A stretch of 64,000 nucleotides of DNA, taken from assembly GCF_006345805.1 (NCBI RefSeq), contig NC_043010.1, forward strand, positions 9,052,001 through 9,116,000, read 5' to 3'. Below are positions 38,073 through 51,166 of this stretch, one piece after another. Both the position numbers and the translations under genes were made by a program. Every line of letters starts with the position of its first letter. Position 1 is the first letter of the stretch. The notes beneath the pieces are model-generated. The model was not told the origin of the DNA. It made no database searches and saw only the letters and a list, made by a program, of their open reading frames with translations. Source of the DNA: Octopus sinensis (Eukaryota).

Positions 38073-38501
38073 GAGAAAAATTATCATTCATATGATGTCA
38101 TTATTTTCTGGTCCACCCCATAACATCTAATACACTTTTCTATGGTTGGAAGGACATCTCTAAAATACTCACATCTGACACACGCAGGCATGGAAGAGAA
38201 TACATTAAAACAGCAATAATAGACAATGTAGATTGGAGTGGATCTTGTTTTAAAAACAATTAGTGAAAGGGATCAACATGTTTACAACTTGATTTCATTG
38301 GGTGAATCAAATCACCAAACATTACAATATCTTCAAAGGAATTCATGCTTATTGTTTCTTAGCTGAGTGTGAAACCTGTACCTGAGTTTCTATAGAAAAT
38401 CTGAAGATATTTTGTTATAATAAAGAGAGACTGACATAAATTAGGTCTTCAATTTCAGTTTAAAAAAAAAATTGATTTTCCTATCTCTGATTATAATTAA
38501 A

Positions 38502-38897
38502 CTAGCAGTATCGCCCGGCGTTGCTCGGGTTTGTAAGGGAAATAACTATATAAGCATTTTTAGAGAGTTATAACCAAAAAATAGCAAAAAATGCATTAAA
38601 AATGGAAAAAAATGATGGTAAATTTTTTTTTAAATCGTTGACTCATCGTAGACATTTTTAGGGAGTTACTTCCCTTATATAATAGCGAAAAAATGCATTA
38701 AAATGGAAAAAAATGATGGTAAATTTTTTTTTTAATCGTAGACTCATCGTAGACATGCGCTAATACCCAGAAGGGCTCGATATGAATCATGACTATAAGA
38801 TACCTGGTTTTGGTTAAACTGCACTGCAAAATGTGGGAGTAGTTAGGAATCTAAATCGTAGGAGACAGACACACAACTTGACTTTTATATATAAAGA
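38502..38897 (-). mobile_element. Non-autonomous Helitron
   Basis: Same family as 13343-13729; TC...hairpin-CTAG on minus strand. Confidence 0.85.
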
Positions 38898-38994
38898 TGT
38901 AAACATTTGGTTGTCTTTATCACTCTTCAAGCTCTTTCCAATTACTATAGATTATTTGATATGCTCCCATCCTAACTTGAAGACAGCTTTCTCC

Positions 38995-39425
38995 CTTTTA
39001 CTCTTTTACTCTTTTACTTGTTTCAGTCATTTTGACTGTGGCCATGCTGGAGCACCACCTTTAGGTCGAGCAAATCGACCCCAGTACTTATTCTTTGGAA
39101 GCCTAGTGCTTATTCTATCAGTCTCTTTTGCTGAACCGCTAGGTTACAGGGACGTAGACACACCAGCATCGGTTGTCAAGCGATGTTGGGGGAGGGGGGA
39201 CAAATACAGACACACAAACATATGTGTAAAACACACATACACACATATATATTTATATACATATATACGACGGGCTTCTTTCAGTTTCCGTCTACCAAAT
39301 CCACTCACAAGGCTTTGGGCAGCCCGAGGCCATAGTAGAAGACACTTGCCCAAGGTGCCATGCAGTGGGACTGAACCCGGAACCATGTGGTTCATAAGCA
39401 AGTTACTTACCACACAGCCACTCCT
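38995..39425 (-). mobile_element. SINE family A copy
   Basis: Full-length reverse copy. Confidence 0.9.
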
Positions 39426-40210
39426 ACTCCTATATGGCCACTACTATGCCTATATCTCTGTTCATTTCTCTCAAAGGTTACCACGTTAGGAGACTTTAGG
39501 GTACACAACACCTCTTTGCTCTTTTACCTCGTTTTACATCCTAGCATTTTACAAGTTTGAACACTCTATGCTAATGATGCCTGGTATTCTTTGTTATTCT
39601 CAAACATTACATTCCAAAGCAAGCAATTTTCCTTGTCAAACTCCCTCCCAGCCTCATCCATCTCTTTCTGAAGAAGGCCATCGCATTCTTTGAAAACATG
39701 TTACTGCGAGTCCTTTTACCTTAAATGGACAATCTCTCTGACCCTACAAACTAATAGCTTACATGTATAATTCTTAACACACATGCATATGTGCATATAA
39801 ATAGGTGTGTGTGGGTGCATATAAATAGGTGTGTGGGAGTGCATATACATAGGTAGGTGTGTGTGTGTGTGTGTGTGCACATGTGTGTGTGTGCACATAT
39901 GTGTGTGTGCACATGTGTGTGTGTGTGTATGTGCGTGTGTGCGTGTGTGTGTGTGTGTAAAGAATGATATGTCAGAGGAAAATGCATGACATAAAGTAAT
40001 AAAGTATATAAAAATAAATAATTAAAAAATATATAAATGTATTCAATTTCTGAGATTACTATTTTATATGACAAGATACTCCAGTAAAATATTTTGCATT
40101 AAAAAATCCATGCATGTATTCACGCACACACACATCCACATGCACACACACACACACATACATTTATACATATTATCTATCTATATTTTATATATATATA
40201 TATATAAGAT

Positions 40211-40260
<50 letters not shown>

Positions 40261-41229
40261 GTATGTATATATATGCATATATACGTACATACATTTATAT
40301 ATATATATAGGTGTTTCTGGTATTAATATTGTTAACTTGACAGTTCTTGCATGCTGAAATCTATGTCAGAATAAAGAAAATGATGAGAAAAAGTAGTAAA
40401 AAAGACAGCATACAACATAAAAAAAAATTCAAAAAAATTCAAGGAAGCGGAATAGGAGTAAAAAAAAAAAATTTTAAATCACACTGCAAAAATAATTTGA
40501 TGTAGGGTTGACAGGAGAAATATCTAAATTGAAAGATCTTTCAATGATCTTAAATAAATATTCAGTAATTATAGAAAACAAATTACTTATTTTATAAAAA
40601 GTAAAATATGACGGATCATCACAAGGAAAAAATACGCATAAGATAAACACACGCGCACACACACACATACACAGACACACTCAAATCCTCCCCCACACAT
40701 AACTAAGCACAATGATTTATGCATATGGTAGTATAGTATGCTGCAAGTATATGTACGAGAGAGAAATTATTGTCAATATCAATATCAATACAGACATCAT
40801 TGTCACCATTGCTCTCATAATCATTCTTGTTGGTGCTGCTGTTGTGGTCGTTGTTGTTGTGTCCTCGTGTAGGTTTATCCCTAACACCACTGTCATTGCC
40901 ATTAACACAATCTTAATTGCTATTATTTTCCTCAATTTTGTTACATTTAAATATTATCAACATTGATACTGTCATCAACGAATATGTCATCACAAATACT
41001 ATTTTCTCATCAATTTGTTCTATGACAGCATATATAAGCCAGGCTGCAGACCTGGCCTCATTTGACACCTGCTCTCATGACATTGGAGCTAGAGTGAAAT
41101 CATTCAATCTTGATTACATAGTAAACTCATATCATTTTATATCTGATGTGTGACAGATGTATACTACCAGCTTCCAGTGAACTATAAGCTATTGAATGTA
41201 GAAAGTAGTATTTGGATATCTCAGTTTCC

Positions 41230-41650
41230 TGTTTCTTTATTGCCCACAAGGGACTAAACATGCAGGGGACAAACAAGGACAGACAAAGGGATTAAGTCGA
41301 TTACATCGACCCCAGTGTGTAACTGGTACTTAATTTATCGACCCTGAAAGGATGAAAGGCAAAGTCGACCTCGGTGGAATTTGGACTCAGAAAGTAACGG
41401 CAGATGAAATACCTATTTCTTTACTACCCACAAGGAGCTAAACACAGAGGGGACAAACAAGAACAGACAAAGGGTTTAAGTCGATTACATCGACCCCAGT
41501 GTGTAACTGGTACTTAAGAATTTATCGACCTCGAAAGGATGAAAGGCAAAATCGATCTTGGCAGAATTTGAACTCAGAATGTAACGGCAGACAAAATACC
41601 ATTAAGCATTTAGCCTGGCATGCTAACATTTCTGCCAGCTTGCTGCCTTA
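41230..41650 (-). mobile_element. Family B SINE with duplicated 3' ~180 bp
   Basis: Tail segment occurs twice (41230-41412, 41413-41600); flanked by tggatatctcagtttcc / tggatgtctcagttttcc. Confidence 0.82.
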
Positions 41651-42202
41651 ACTGGATGTCTCAGTTTTCCTTGAATCCTCAACATCTGGTGGAATCATTA
41701 GAGCAGTGTAGGGACATACAGCATGTTCTTGACACTTGAAGCTAACAGAGTCTATCCACAAAGTCTAGAGAAAAACAAAAAATGAAGACATAAAGTAACT
41801 CAGTAATTACAGAAAACCTCCAAAAGAATGAATGATAAACAAAAAATTGATATTTTCCCATCATCTTAAGGTGGAAAGCTGACAGAATCATTACCAAGCT
41901 GGACAAAATGCTTTGTGGCATTTCGTTTGTTTTCACATTCTAAGTTCAGTTTCTGCTAAGGTCAACTTCGCCTTTCTTCCTTTCGAGGTCAATAAAATAA
42001 ATACCAGTTAAACACTGAGAACTAAGTCATCAACTTACCTTCTCCCTTGAAATTGCCGGCTTTGTGCCAAAATTGGAAATCAATATCATCTCATTATTGT
42101 TATCATCAATAACATCATCATCAGCAGCAGCAGCATATACATATATATGTATATATATATGGATATATATATATATACGTATACATATATGTGTATATAT
42201 AT

Positions 42203-42238
<36 letters not shown>

Positions 42239-42309
42239 TAACCCATGCTAGCATGGAACCCGGACGCTAACGACGATGATGAGATGATGATATATATATA
42301 TATATATTT

Positions 42310-42352
<43 letters not shown>

Positions 42353-42380
42353 TATATACACACACACCATATATGTTTAT

Positions 42381-42612
42381 ATATTATAATGGAGGCCAGT
42401 TTATGGCGTTACCCTGGGTTTCTCACTCATAAGGGGTTTAGCCTCTTTGTGTAACTTCAGACCCCAAAAACTGCTGGCCTAAGACCTCTTCAAAATATGA
42501 AGGGGAAGAGGTCTTAGGTCAGCAGTGTTTGTGGTCTGAAGATGTGCTGTAAGGCTAAACTCGTTATGAGTGAGAAACCCACGGTAACCCCATAAACTAG
42601 CCCTTATAATAT
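42381..42612. mobile_element. Fully palindromic MITE-like element
   Basis: Left half agtttatggcgttaccctgggtttctcactcataa...ctgctggcctaagacctcttc mirrors right half gaagaggtcttaggtcagcag...ttatgagtgagaaacccacggtaaccccataaact. Confidence 0.85.
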
Positions 42613-42625
42613 TAACTGCATGTAT

Positions 42626-42656
<31 letters not shown>

Positions 42657-43309
42657 CACACACGCACACATATATATATACTTAAATAATGCAAAATATA
42701 TAATAATTGCATAAAACATCAACATTGTGGTTTGCAAAATAGAAATGGATGATAGTGTACAAAATTGATTTTTCACAGCACAGACAAATTTTTAATATTA
42801 TCACAATTAGTTTACTACTTGAATTATCTTGGAGTTCAATAATAACTCAAATATTATTATAGTATTTATTAATATATTTAGATAAAATTATATTTATTGT
42901 TTAATTTTAAAATAGAGATTTTTGCCTTCGGTTATCAACTTTTTGTAAAGGATATATCTATTCAGTATAATTATTTTGTGTGCACACACACACACACACA
43001 CACACGGAAGTACACACATATTTACATGCATATACATAGACACACTTATGCACTTATACACACATATATAGGAACACACACATGTATTGATATATATATA
43101 CATACATATATATATGTGATGATGTATACATATAATATATATATATATAGATATATTGTAAATAAAAATATATTATATATATATATATATTCTGTATGTA
43201 TATAAATATATATATGTATGTATTATATATATGTGTGTTATATATATATATATATATAGATATATATATATATATAAATTATATATATATATTATATATA
43301 GATATATAT

Positions 43310-43629
43310 ATCATAGGTTTTTCCTATTAAGCAATCAAAATAGCAAAACAAGCCCCAAGCAAGTTTTACATGGAGCTGTATACAATCCAATTAAAAAATA
43401 ATCACTTCCACTTCTGAAAACAGACCCTATCATAGTTTTGTAAAGATTGGGGTTTATTAAATGGGAGGGTAACGATTTTACTATCATTTTTAACATTTAA
43501 ATTGCAGATTCAATTATTCACATGATCTACTCAATAAATATAGTACTTTAAAATTTTTTTCCTTTCTATTTTTCTGCATTATTCATAAGTGAATTATAAT
43601 TTCATTTTAAAATGTGTTGCATATATATA

Positions 43630-43697
<68 letters not shown>

Positions 43698-43813
43698 ATA
43701 TATATAAATATATATATAACATACACACATACATCACACACACACACACACATATATATATACATATTCATACATATATATATATGTGTGTATATATATA
43801 TATATATAGATAT

Positions 43814-43847
<34 letters not shown>

Positions 43848-43948
43848 GTATATACATATATATTATATATTAATATACATATCACAAAATAAATATATAT
43901 ATAATATATATATATACATACATATGTATATATTTATGTATATATATA

Positions 43949-44032
<84 letters not shown>

Positions 44033-44339
44033 TAGTGTTTTCCTATTAAGCAATCAAAATAGCAAAACAAGCCCCAAGCAAGTTTTACATGGAGCTGTAT
44101 ACAATCCAATTAAAAAATAATCACTTCCACTTTCTGAAAAAGACCTATCATAGTTTTGTAAAGATTGGGGTTCTATTAAATGGGAGGGTAACGATTTTAC
44201 TATCATTTTTAACATTTAAATTGCAGATTCAATTATTCACATGATCTACTCACATAATATAGTACTTTAAAATTTTTTTCCTTTCATATTTTTCTGCATA
44301 TTCATAAGTGAATTATAATTTCATTTTAAAATGTGTTGC

Positions 44340-44399
<60 letters not shown>

Positions 44400-44527
44400 T
44401 ATATATTATATATATATATAAAAGATATATATACATACACACATACATCACACACACACACACACATATATATATACATATTCATACATATATATATATG
44501 TGTGTATATATATATATATATAGATAT

Positions 44528-44561
<34 letters not shown>

Positions 44562-44655
44562 GTATATACATATATATATATATATATATACATATACACA
44601 TATACATATATATATATATATATTATATACATAATATGTATATATTTATGTATAT
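43310..44655. repeat. ~720-bp tandem duplication (2 copies)
   Basis: ttcctattaagcaatcaaaatagc...aaatgtgttgc at 43321-43620 and 44040-44340, with the microsatellite flank also duplicated. Confidence 0.92.
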
Positions 44656-44664
44656 ATAAGCATG

Positions 44665-45048
44665 CAGGGTGTGATGGATAAATAGTCGCCATTTTATATT
44701 TTTAATTTTGCATGTGCGCATTATTTGTTTTTGATTTTGTCTACTACACAGTATAGTAGGGTCAGTTGGGCACCGTCTGTGAGAAAAACAGCACCATGAC
44801 AATTCACTCTACTAGAAATTTGGAAACAACATGCTCTACTACTTGGTATTCACAACAGAAGCTCCAATGCGAACAGATGGTGAACACACAGAACAACCTT
44901 TGGCTTGCCCTGTCTCCAAAATATGCTTCAATAGTGATAAAAATCAAACATCCGGTCAACATCATAGAACTTGGAGTGATCACTAGTGAGGGCAACGTTA
45001 TGCCCCCATTCATCTTCCTACACAGCCTCAACATGAAGGCGTACATCA
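44665..45048 (+). mobile_element. Deleted maT (DD37D-like) Tc1/mariner relic
   Basis: cagggtg TIR start; KHPVNIIELGVITSEGNVMPPFIF homologous to 57629-58381. Confidence 0.8.
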
Positions 45049-45595
45049 GTATATAAAAAATATATATATATATATATATATACATATATATAAATATTAT
45101 ATATATATAATATACTAAATTTATTTAGAAAAACAAGAGTGGAGATATGTTCACATATTTACACAATATAATCTTACACATGTTTCATTACTGAACATAT
45201 AACTTAATCAAGGATATAATTTACAATCACATTACATCATCAAATCATCAGAGTTTGTATAATAAACAATGCTAGCCTTCACAGAACTTATAGTAGTTTG
45301 ACTGAAACATTGACTTCAGGTATGTGGCAGCTATCTTACTATGCATCCACTCTTATAGCCCCATGCTTAACTTTTCATTTATTATGATTTGATGATGTCA
45401 TCAGTATATAGTCAGTATGCCATGGCTAATAATTTGTGTTCGGATGGTGCTTTTTACGTGTCACTGGCACAGGTATCATAACTACAATTTCCATTTGATA
45501 TTTATTTTGATGTTGATGTACTTGACTCAATAGGTCTTCTCAAGCACAGCAGGGAACCCTACGATCCAAGGTAAGCACAGCAGTCTTATCTAATA

Positions 45596-45650
<55 letters not shown>

Positions 45651-45683
45651 TATATAGATACACTATGTATGTATATATATATA

Positions 45684-46076
45684 TCTTTATATATAAAATT
45701 AATTTGTGTGTCTGTCTCCTACGATTTAGATTCCTAACTACTCCCACATTTTGCGGTGCAGTTTACCAAAACCGGGTATCTTATAGTCGTGATTCATATC
45801 GAGCCCTTCTGGGTATTAGCGCACGTCTATGGTGAGTCTACGATTTAAAAATAATTTACTATCATTTTTTTCCATTTTAATGCATTTTTTCGCTATTATA
45901 TAAGGGAAGTAACTCTCTAAAAATGTCTACGATGAGTCAACGATTTAAAAAAAATTTACCATAATATTTTTCCATTTTTAATGCATATTTTTGCTATTTT
46001 TTGGCTATAACTCTCTAAAAATGCTTATATAGTTATTTCCCTTACAAACCCGAGCAACGCCGGGCGATACTGCTAG
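45684..46076 (+). mobile_element. Non-autonomous Helitron
   Basis: a|TC...cccgagcaacgccgggcgatactgCTAG|t. Confidence 0.87.
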
Positions 46077-46465
46077 TATATATATAAAGCTGAAGTTGTC
46101 TGTGTATGGCAGGTTTGGTAGCCTTCAACTAACACTATCTCCTCCGAGACCCTGCGGTGCAAGTTGACCAAAATTGAGAGTATGATAGAAGAAGACTTGC
46201 TCTTCATTCCGTAGAAGAAAAAATTCAAATCGGATCATGTTAAGACCAAAAATTATTTATATCAAAAAGGTGCTTTCTTTTCTATGAAAATCCCTATTTT
46301 TTACGATCTTTTGACTGCTGTGTCGCCATTTTTCAGTGTATTTCAACTAGAAAAATGTTCACTTAAAGAGAATAACAAGCTACATAATGCACAATTTTTA
46401 CTTTTCAAAAATTCCAATTCTAAAGGATCGAAACAAACCCGAGCAACGCTGGGCGATACTGCTAG
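46077..46465 (+). mobile_element. Second non-autonomous Helitron with different body and same 3' terminus
   Basis: Ends aaacccgagcaacgctgggcgatactgCTAG|t. Confidence 0.78.
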
Positions 46466-46470
46466 TATAT

Positions 46471-46502
<32 letters not shown>

Positions 46503-46708
46503 CATAAACACACACACATATATTATGTTTATATGCATATGTGTATATGTATTTATATACAATATACATTCAATTTTTCTATCGTGTTGGCTTAACAGCC
46601 CTCACCGTTTGTTTTTATGTTTTCGTTTCTCATTGTGTTCAACGTTTTTTTGATGTCCTGTACCCATATATGCATGTATATATATAGATATATATGTAGG
46701 TATGTACA

Positions 46709-46750
<42 letters not shown>

Positions 46751-47379
46751 TATATTTATATTTATATTATTATATATCATATCTACATCTATCTTTCTAT
46801 CTATCTATATACACACGCACATGCGCAAACACATATACATTCACACAGCTATTCTATGATTAAAAGCTTCATAACTACACCAAAATTTTGCTTATAGCAA
46901 TCAACAGTTGTATGCAAGAATTCACTGTATGCTACTCTGATACTGTAATTTGAAATTCCTTTTGGAAACTCATATAGAATACAGACTGATTATCTAGGTT
47001 TGTCAATTTTGAAATTTTGTCAAATTCAATCATATGTGTGTGAGTTTATGATGCTCTTCATAATGGGTCTGCTGAATCTTTTTATCTTGTATTTCCAAGA
47101 TGCTAAAAGCAACTTCTTAAATGTTTCGTATTTGTTGAAAATCCGTTTTGGTATTTAAATATTTATGATGTTTATTGAAATTCATTCGTGTGAAATTGCT
47201 TTCAGAATTGCATAAGTTGTTATTTCTGTTAGCTTGACTATATTTCTTGCTATTACATATGTTTTTCTTTCTTTTTATTTTGTGTGTGTGTGTGTATTTA
47301 GTTTTTGACGATTTCTATTAAATAGTTTCTTGTAGCAGCTGTTGATCAAGAACCGTTAAGTATTTAAGCCTTAGACTGT

Positions 47380-47709
47380 CTTCCGTGCTGGTGGCACGTA
47401 AAAAGCACCATCCGAATCGTGGCCGATGCCAGTGCCGCCTCGACTGGCTTCTGTGCCGGTGGCACATAAAATGCACCAATCCGATTGTGGCCGTTGCCAG
47501 CGTCGCCTGGCACCTGTGCAGGTGGCACGTAAAAAGCACCCTCTACACTCACAGAGTGGTTGGCGTTAGGAAGGGCCTCCAGCTGTAGAAACACTGCCAG
47601 ATCAGACTGGAGCCTGGTGCAGCCTTCTGGCTTCCCAGATCCCCGGTCGAACCATCCAACCCATGCTAGCATGGAGAACGGACGTTAAACGATGATGATG
47701 ATGATGATG
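47380..47709 (+). mobile_element. RTE LINE 3' UTR (family C) with 3 internal repeat units
   Basis: ggtggcacgtaaaaagcacc units, then standard tail and (GAT)n. Confidence 0.88.
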
Positions 47710-47786
47710 AAACTTTCAGCTATATTGGCATTAATGTTTAACCTTTTACTAATCAGATTACTCTGTCAAATATAAAAGATTAAAAG

Positions 47787-48125
47787 GGTAAAGACCCCAC
47801 TTCAGTCATGAATGATCATAGAATTGCACCTTGAAAGTTACTCTCTGAAGCATAAGTCTAGACAAGTCTGTTTATGGAACACCAGAAGTCACCATGCATG
47901 CCAGCCTCCCCTCTCCACATCATCAATGTTATCCAAGGGAAAGGCAAAGGCCAATACAGCTTGGCACCAGTGATGTTGCAACACATTTCTACAGCTGAGT
48001 GAACTGGAGCAACATGAAATAAAGAGTCTTGCTCAAGAACACAACACCCAGCCCAGTTCAGGAATCAAACCCACTACCTTATGATTGTGAGCTCAACACT
48101 CTAACCACTGATCCACGTGTCTTCC
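47787..48125 (-). mobile_element. tRNA-derived SINE, family D
   Basis: tcagtggttagagtg head and cttgagcaagac core on minus strand; homolog 54884-55212. Confidence 0.8.
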
Positions 48126-48393
48126 GTCAAGCATAATGTTTGTTTATTTATTTTGTTTTGAATTAATCCTCATCTCATAGCTTTGAGATTTCAATGATGC
48201 GACTGATTAGTTTTAGAATGACATTATAGGATTGAGACGGCCAGTTTCAACATAAAACAGGCTAATTGTTTCAGCTGGATATGGACGAGAAGATCATACT
48301 AGTTGATACTTTTAATATCTTTTTTTGATGGCATTCAGTAGATATTTAACTAATCTTTATGCTTACTTGCTGCTTGTACACTATTATAGTATA

Positions 48394-48698
48394 GGAGGCG
48401 CAATGGCCCAGTGGTTAGGGCAGCGGACTCACGGTTGTAGGATCGCGGTTTCGATTCCCAGACCGGGCGTTGTGAGTGTTTATTGAGCAAAAACACCTAA
48501 AGCTCCACGAAGCTCCAGCAGGGGATGGTGGTGATCCCTGCTGTACTCTTTCACCACAACTTTCTCTCACTCTTACTTCCTGTTTCTGTTGTACCTGTAT
48601 TTCAAAGGGCCGGCCTTGTCACTCTCTATGTCATGCTGAATATCCCCGAGAACTACGTTAAGGGTACACGTGTCTGTGGAGTGCTCAGCCACTTACAC
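48394..48698 (+). mobile_element. SINE family E, 3'-truncated
   Basis: ggaggcgcaatggcccagtggttagggcagcggactc head; matches 17571-17949. Confidence 0.9.
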
Positions 48699-48727
48699 TT
48701 GCTTTCCTATATGGTTTACGATTATTA

Positions 48728-49157
48728 ACTCTTTAACTCTTTTAACTCTTTTACTTGTTTCAGTCATTTGACTGCGGCCATGCTGGAGCACTGCCTTTAG
48801 TCGAGCAAATCGACCCCGGGACTTATTCTTTGTAAGCCCAGTACTTATTCTATCGGTCTCTTTTTGCCGAACCGCTAAGTGACGGGGACGTAAACACACC
48901 AGCATCGGTTATCAAGCAATGCTAGGGGGACAAACACAGACACACAAATACACACACACATACATATATATATATATGCATACATATATACGACAGGCTT
49001 CTTTTAGTTTCCGTCTACCTACCAAATCCACTCACAAGGCATTGGTCGGCCCGGGGCTATAGCAGAAGACACTTGCCCAAGGTGCCACGCAGTGGGGCTG
49101 AACCCGGAACCATGTGGTTGGTTAGCAAGCTACTTACCACACAGCTACTCCTGCGCC
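48728..49157 (-). mobile_element. SINE family A copy
   Basis: Full-length reverse copy. Confidence 0.92.
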
Positions 49158-49595
49158 TATGTATGAAATTTTTGTTTGCTTTCCTATATGGTTTACGATT
49201 ATGTATATTTTTGTTGAGTGTGAATTCTAAGAAATCAACTGTGTTCATATTCACGGCTATTTTTATTTTAAAAGTGAAATTATTGAAAATGCTAATCTAG
49301 TCTTTTCTACTCTTTTTTTTGAAAAAAAATTGTCTAGCTGTTGGAATGTTGTGGTAAGAATAACTGATCATCTCCATATAGCTTTATATTTTCTATGATA
49401 AAAAATACAAAAATATATTCAAGAATTTAGATGTAGAAATATCTATTCTTATCTTTAGCAAACTAAATACTGTCATTACCATGAATGACAAAGAAATGAT
49501 GTTTGCAGTGAAATAGTCTGAAGTTTATACGAGGTGTTGTTGGATCAGGTAGCCGTCATTGTTTCTTTGAATTAGTTATGATGAGTTGCTGTCTT

Positions 49596-50003
49596 TGTCA
49601 TCATCGGCATCATCAACATCATCATCATCGTCATCGTCATCATCATCACCATCGTCGTCATCATCATCGTCGTCATCATCACCATCGTCGTCATCATCAT
49701 CGTCGTCATCATCATCATCATCGTCGTCGTCGTCATCACCATCGTCGTCATCATCATCGTTGTCATCTTCACCATCGTCGTCATCATCATCGTCGTCATC
49801 ATCATTGTCGTCATCATCATCATCATCATCATCACCATCGTCGTCATCATCATCATTATCATCATCACCATCACCATCGTCGTCATCACCATGGTCGTCA
49901 TCATCATCGTCGTCATCATCATCATCGTCATCATCATTATCATCATCGTTGTCATCATCGTTGTCATCGTCGTCGTCGTCATCATCATCATCATCATCAT
50001 TCA
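49596..50003. repeat. (TCA/TCG)n trinucleotide microsatellite
   Basis: Direct reading; source of poly-Asp/Ser/His pseudo-ORFs. Confidence 0.96.
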
Positions 50004-50317
50004 TTGTCGTTGTGATTCACAGTTTTGGTGTTATGACCTCACTCGGGTCTGCTTGCTGGTTCACTGCTACTGTCTGCTGTGTAGTGGCTAAAATTCACTG
50101 GATATCTAATGGCGCTCTTGGTCAGAAAAATCATGAAATTGTTATTAGTTTCAATTCCACCAGAAGTCTTGAATGGTTAGATATTTAGATGGCATTGGTG
50201 GTATTTGAGTGAATTGTGATCATGTTCTTAAATTTGTTTTTCTTTTGGCATTAGATATTGTGATCCAGGTTTGATGCCTAAGTTTTGCAATAGATAAACG
50301 TTCCTTCTACATATCTA

Positions 50318-50548
50318 TCATCATCATCATCATTTAACGTCCGCTTTCCATGCTAGCATGGGTTGGATGATTTGACTGAGGACTGGCGAACCAGATGGCT
50401 GCACCAGGCTCCAGTCTTGATCTGGCAGAGTTTCTACAGCTGGATGACCTTCCTAACGCCAACCACTCCTAGAGTATAGTGGGTGCTTTTTATGTGCCAA
50501 CGGCATGAGGGTCAGTCAGGCGGTACTGGCAACGGTCATGGAAAATGG
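50318..50548 (-). mobile_element. RTE LINE 3' end (family C)
   Basis: (ATC)n-tttaacgtccgctttccatgctagc...cttcctaacgcc. Confidence 0.85.
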
Positions 50549-50753
50549 TGTTTTTTTTTTCTATATTTGTGAATTTATTCAGGTTGTTGAAGCTGATAGG
50601 ATCAGACACCAAGTATTCTCATGCTGACATCAAATGCATCATTAGAGTTTGCTTTATTTGTACCTGGGTATGTTTCTGTTGAAAAGAAATATTTTCCTGT
50701 CATTCATAGAGGCTTTTAAGACATAGCCATTTAGGATACATATCCTAATATTT

Positions 50754-51166
50754 GGCGCAGGAGTGGCTGTGTGGTAAGTAGCTTGCTTACCAACCACATG
50801 GTTCCGGGTTCAGTCCCACTGCGTGGCATCTTGGGCAAGTGTCTTCTGCTATAGCCTCGGACTGACCAAAGCCTTGTGAGTGGATTTGGCAGACGGAAAC
50901 TGAAAGAAGTCTGTCGTATATATGTATATATATATATATATGTATGTGTGCATGTTTATGTGTCTGTGTTTGTCCCTCTAGCATTGCTTGACAACTGATG
51001 CTGGTGTGTTTACATCCCCGTCACTTAGCGGTTTGGCAAAAGAGGCCGATAGAATAAGTACTGGGCTTACAAAGAATAAGTCCCGGGGTCGATTTGCTCG
51101 ACTAAAGGCGGTGCTCCAGCATGGCCGCAGTCAAATGACTGAAACAAGTAAAAGAGTAAAAGAGTA
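50754..51166 (+). mobile_element. SINE family A, full length
   Basis: ggcgcaggagtggctgtgtgg...gtaaaagagtaaaagagt. Confidence 0.93.

Larger units (their letters stand above)
46930..50750 (-). pseudogene. Fragmented Penelope-like element reverse transcriptase (Hydra-clade-like, inferred)
   Basis: Minus-strand remnants in the expected order: NSNDAFDVSM (~50640), KLYGDDQL (~49375), VNMNTVDFLEFTLN..KPYRKAN (~49250-49180), IFNK and PIMKSIINSH (~47140-47040); interrupted by SINEs and microsatellites. Confidence 0.68.

Noticed and set aside
48394-48470. tRNA gene
   Set aside because: The tRNA-like A/B boxes are the head of a SINE that continues into a shared body and has a second copy at 17571-17949; no proper acceptor stem or terminator
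49572-50188. Poly-Asp/Ser/His/Met ORFs suggesting an acidic or His-rich protein
   Set aside because: Pure (TCA/TCG)n microsatellite open in most frames, embedded in a TE relic, with no splice or domain context
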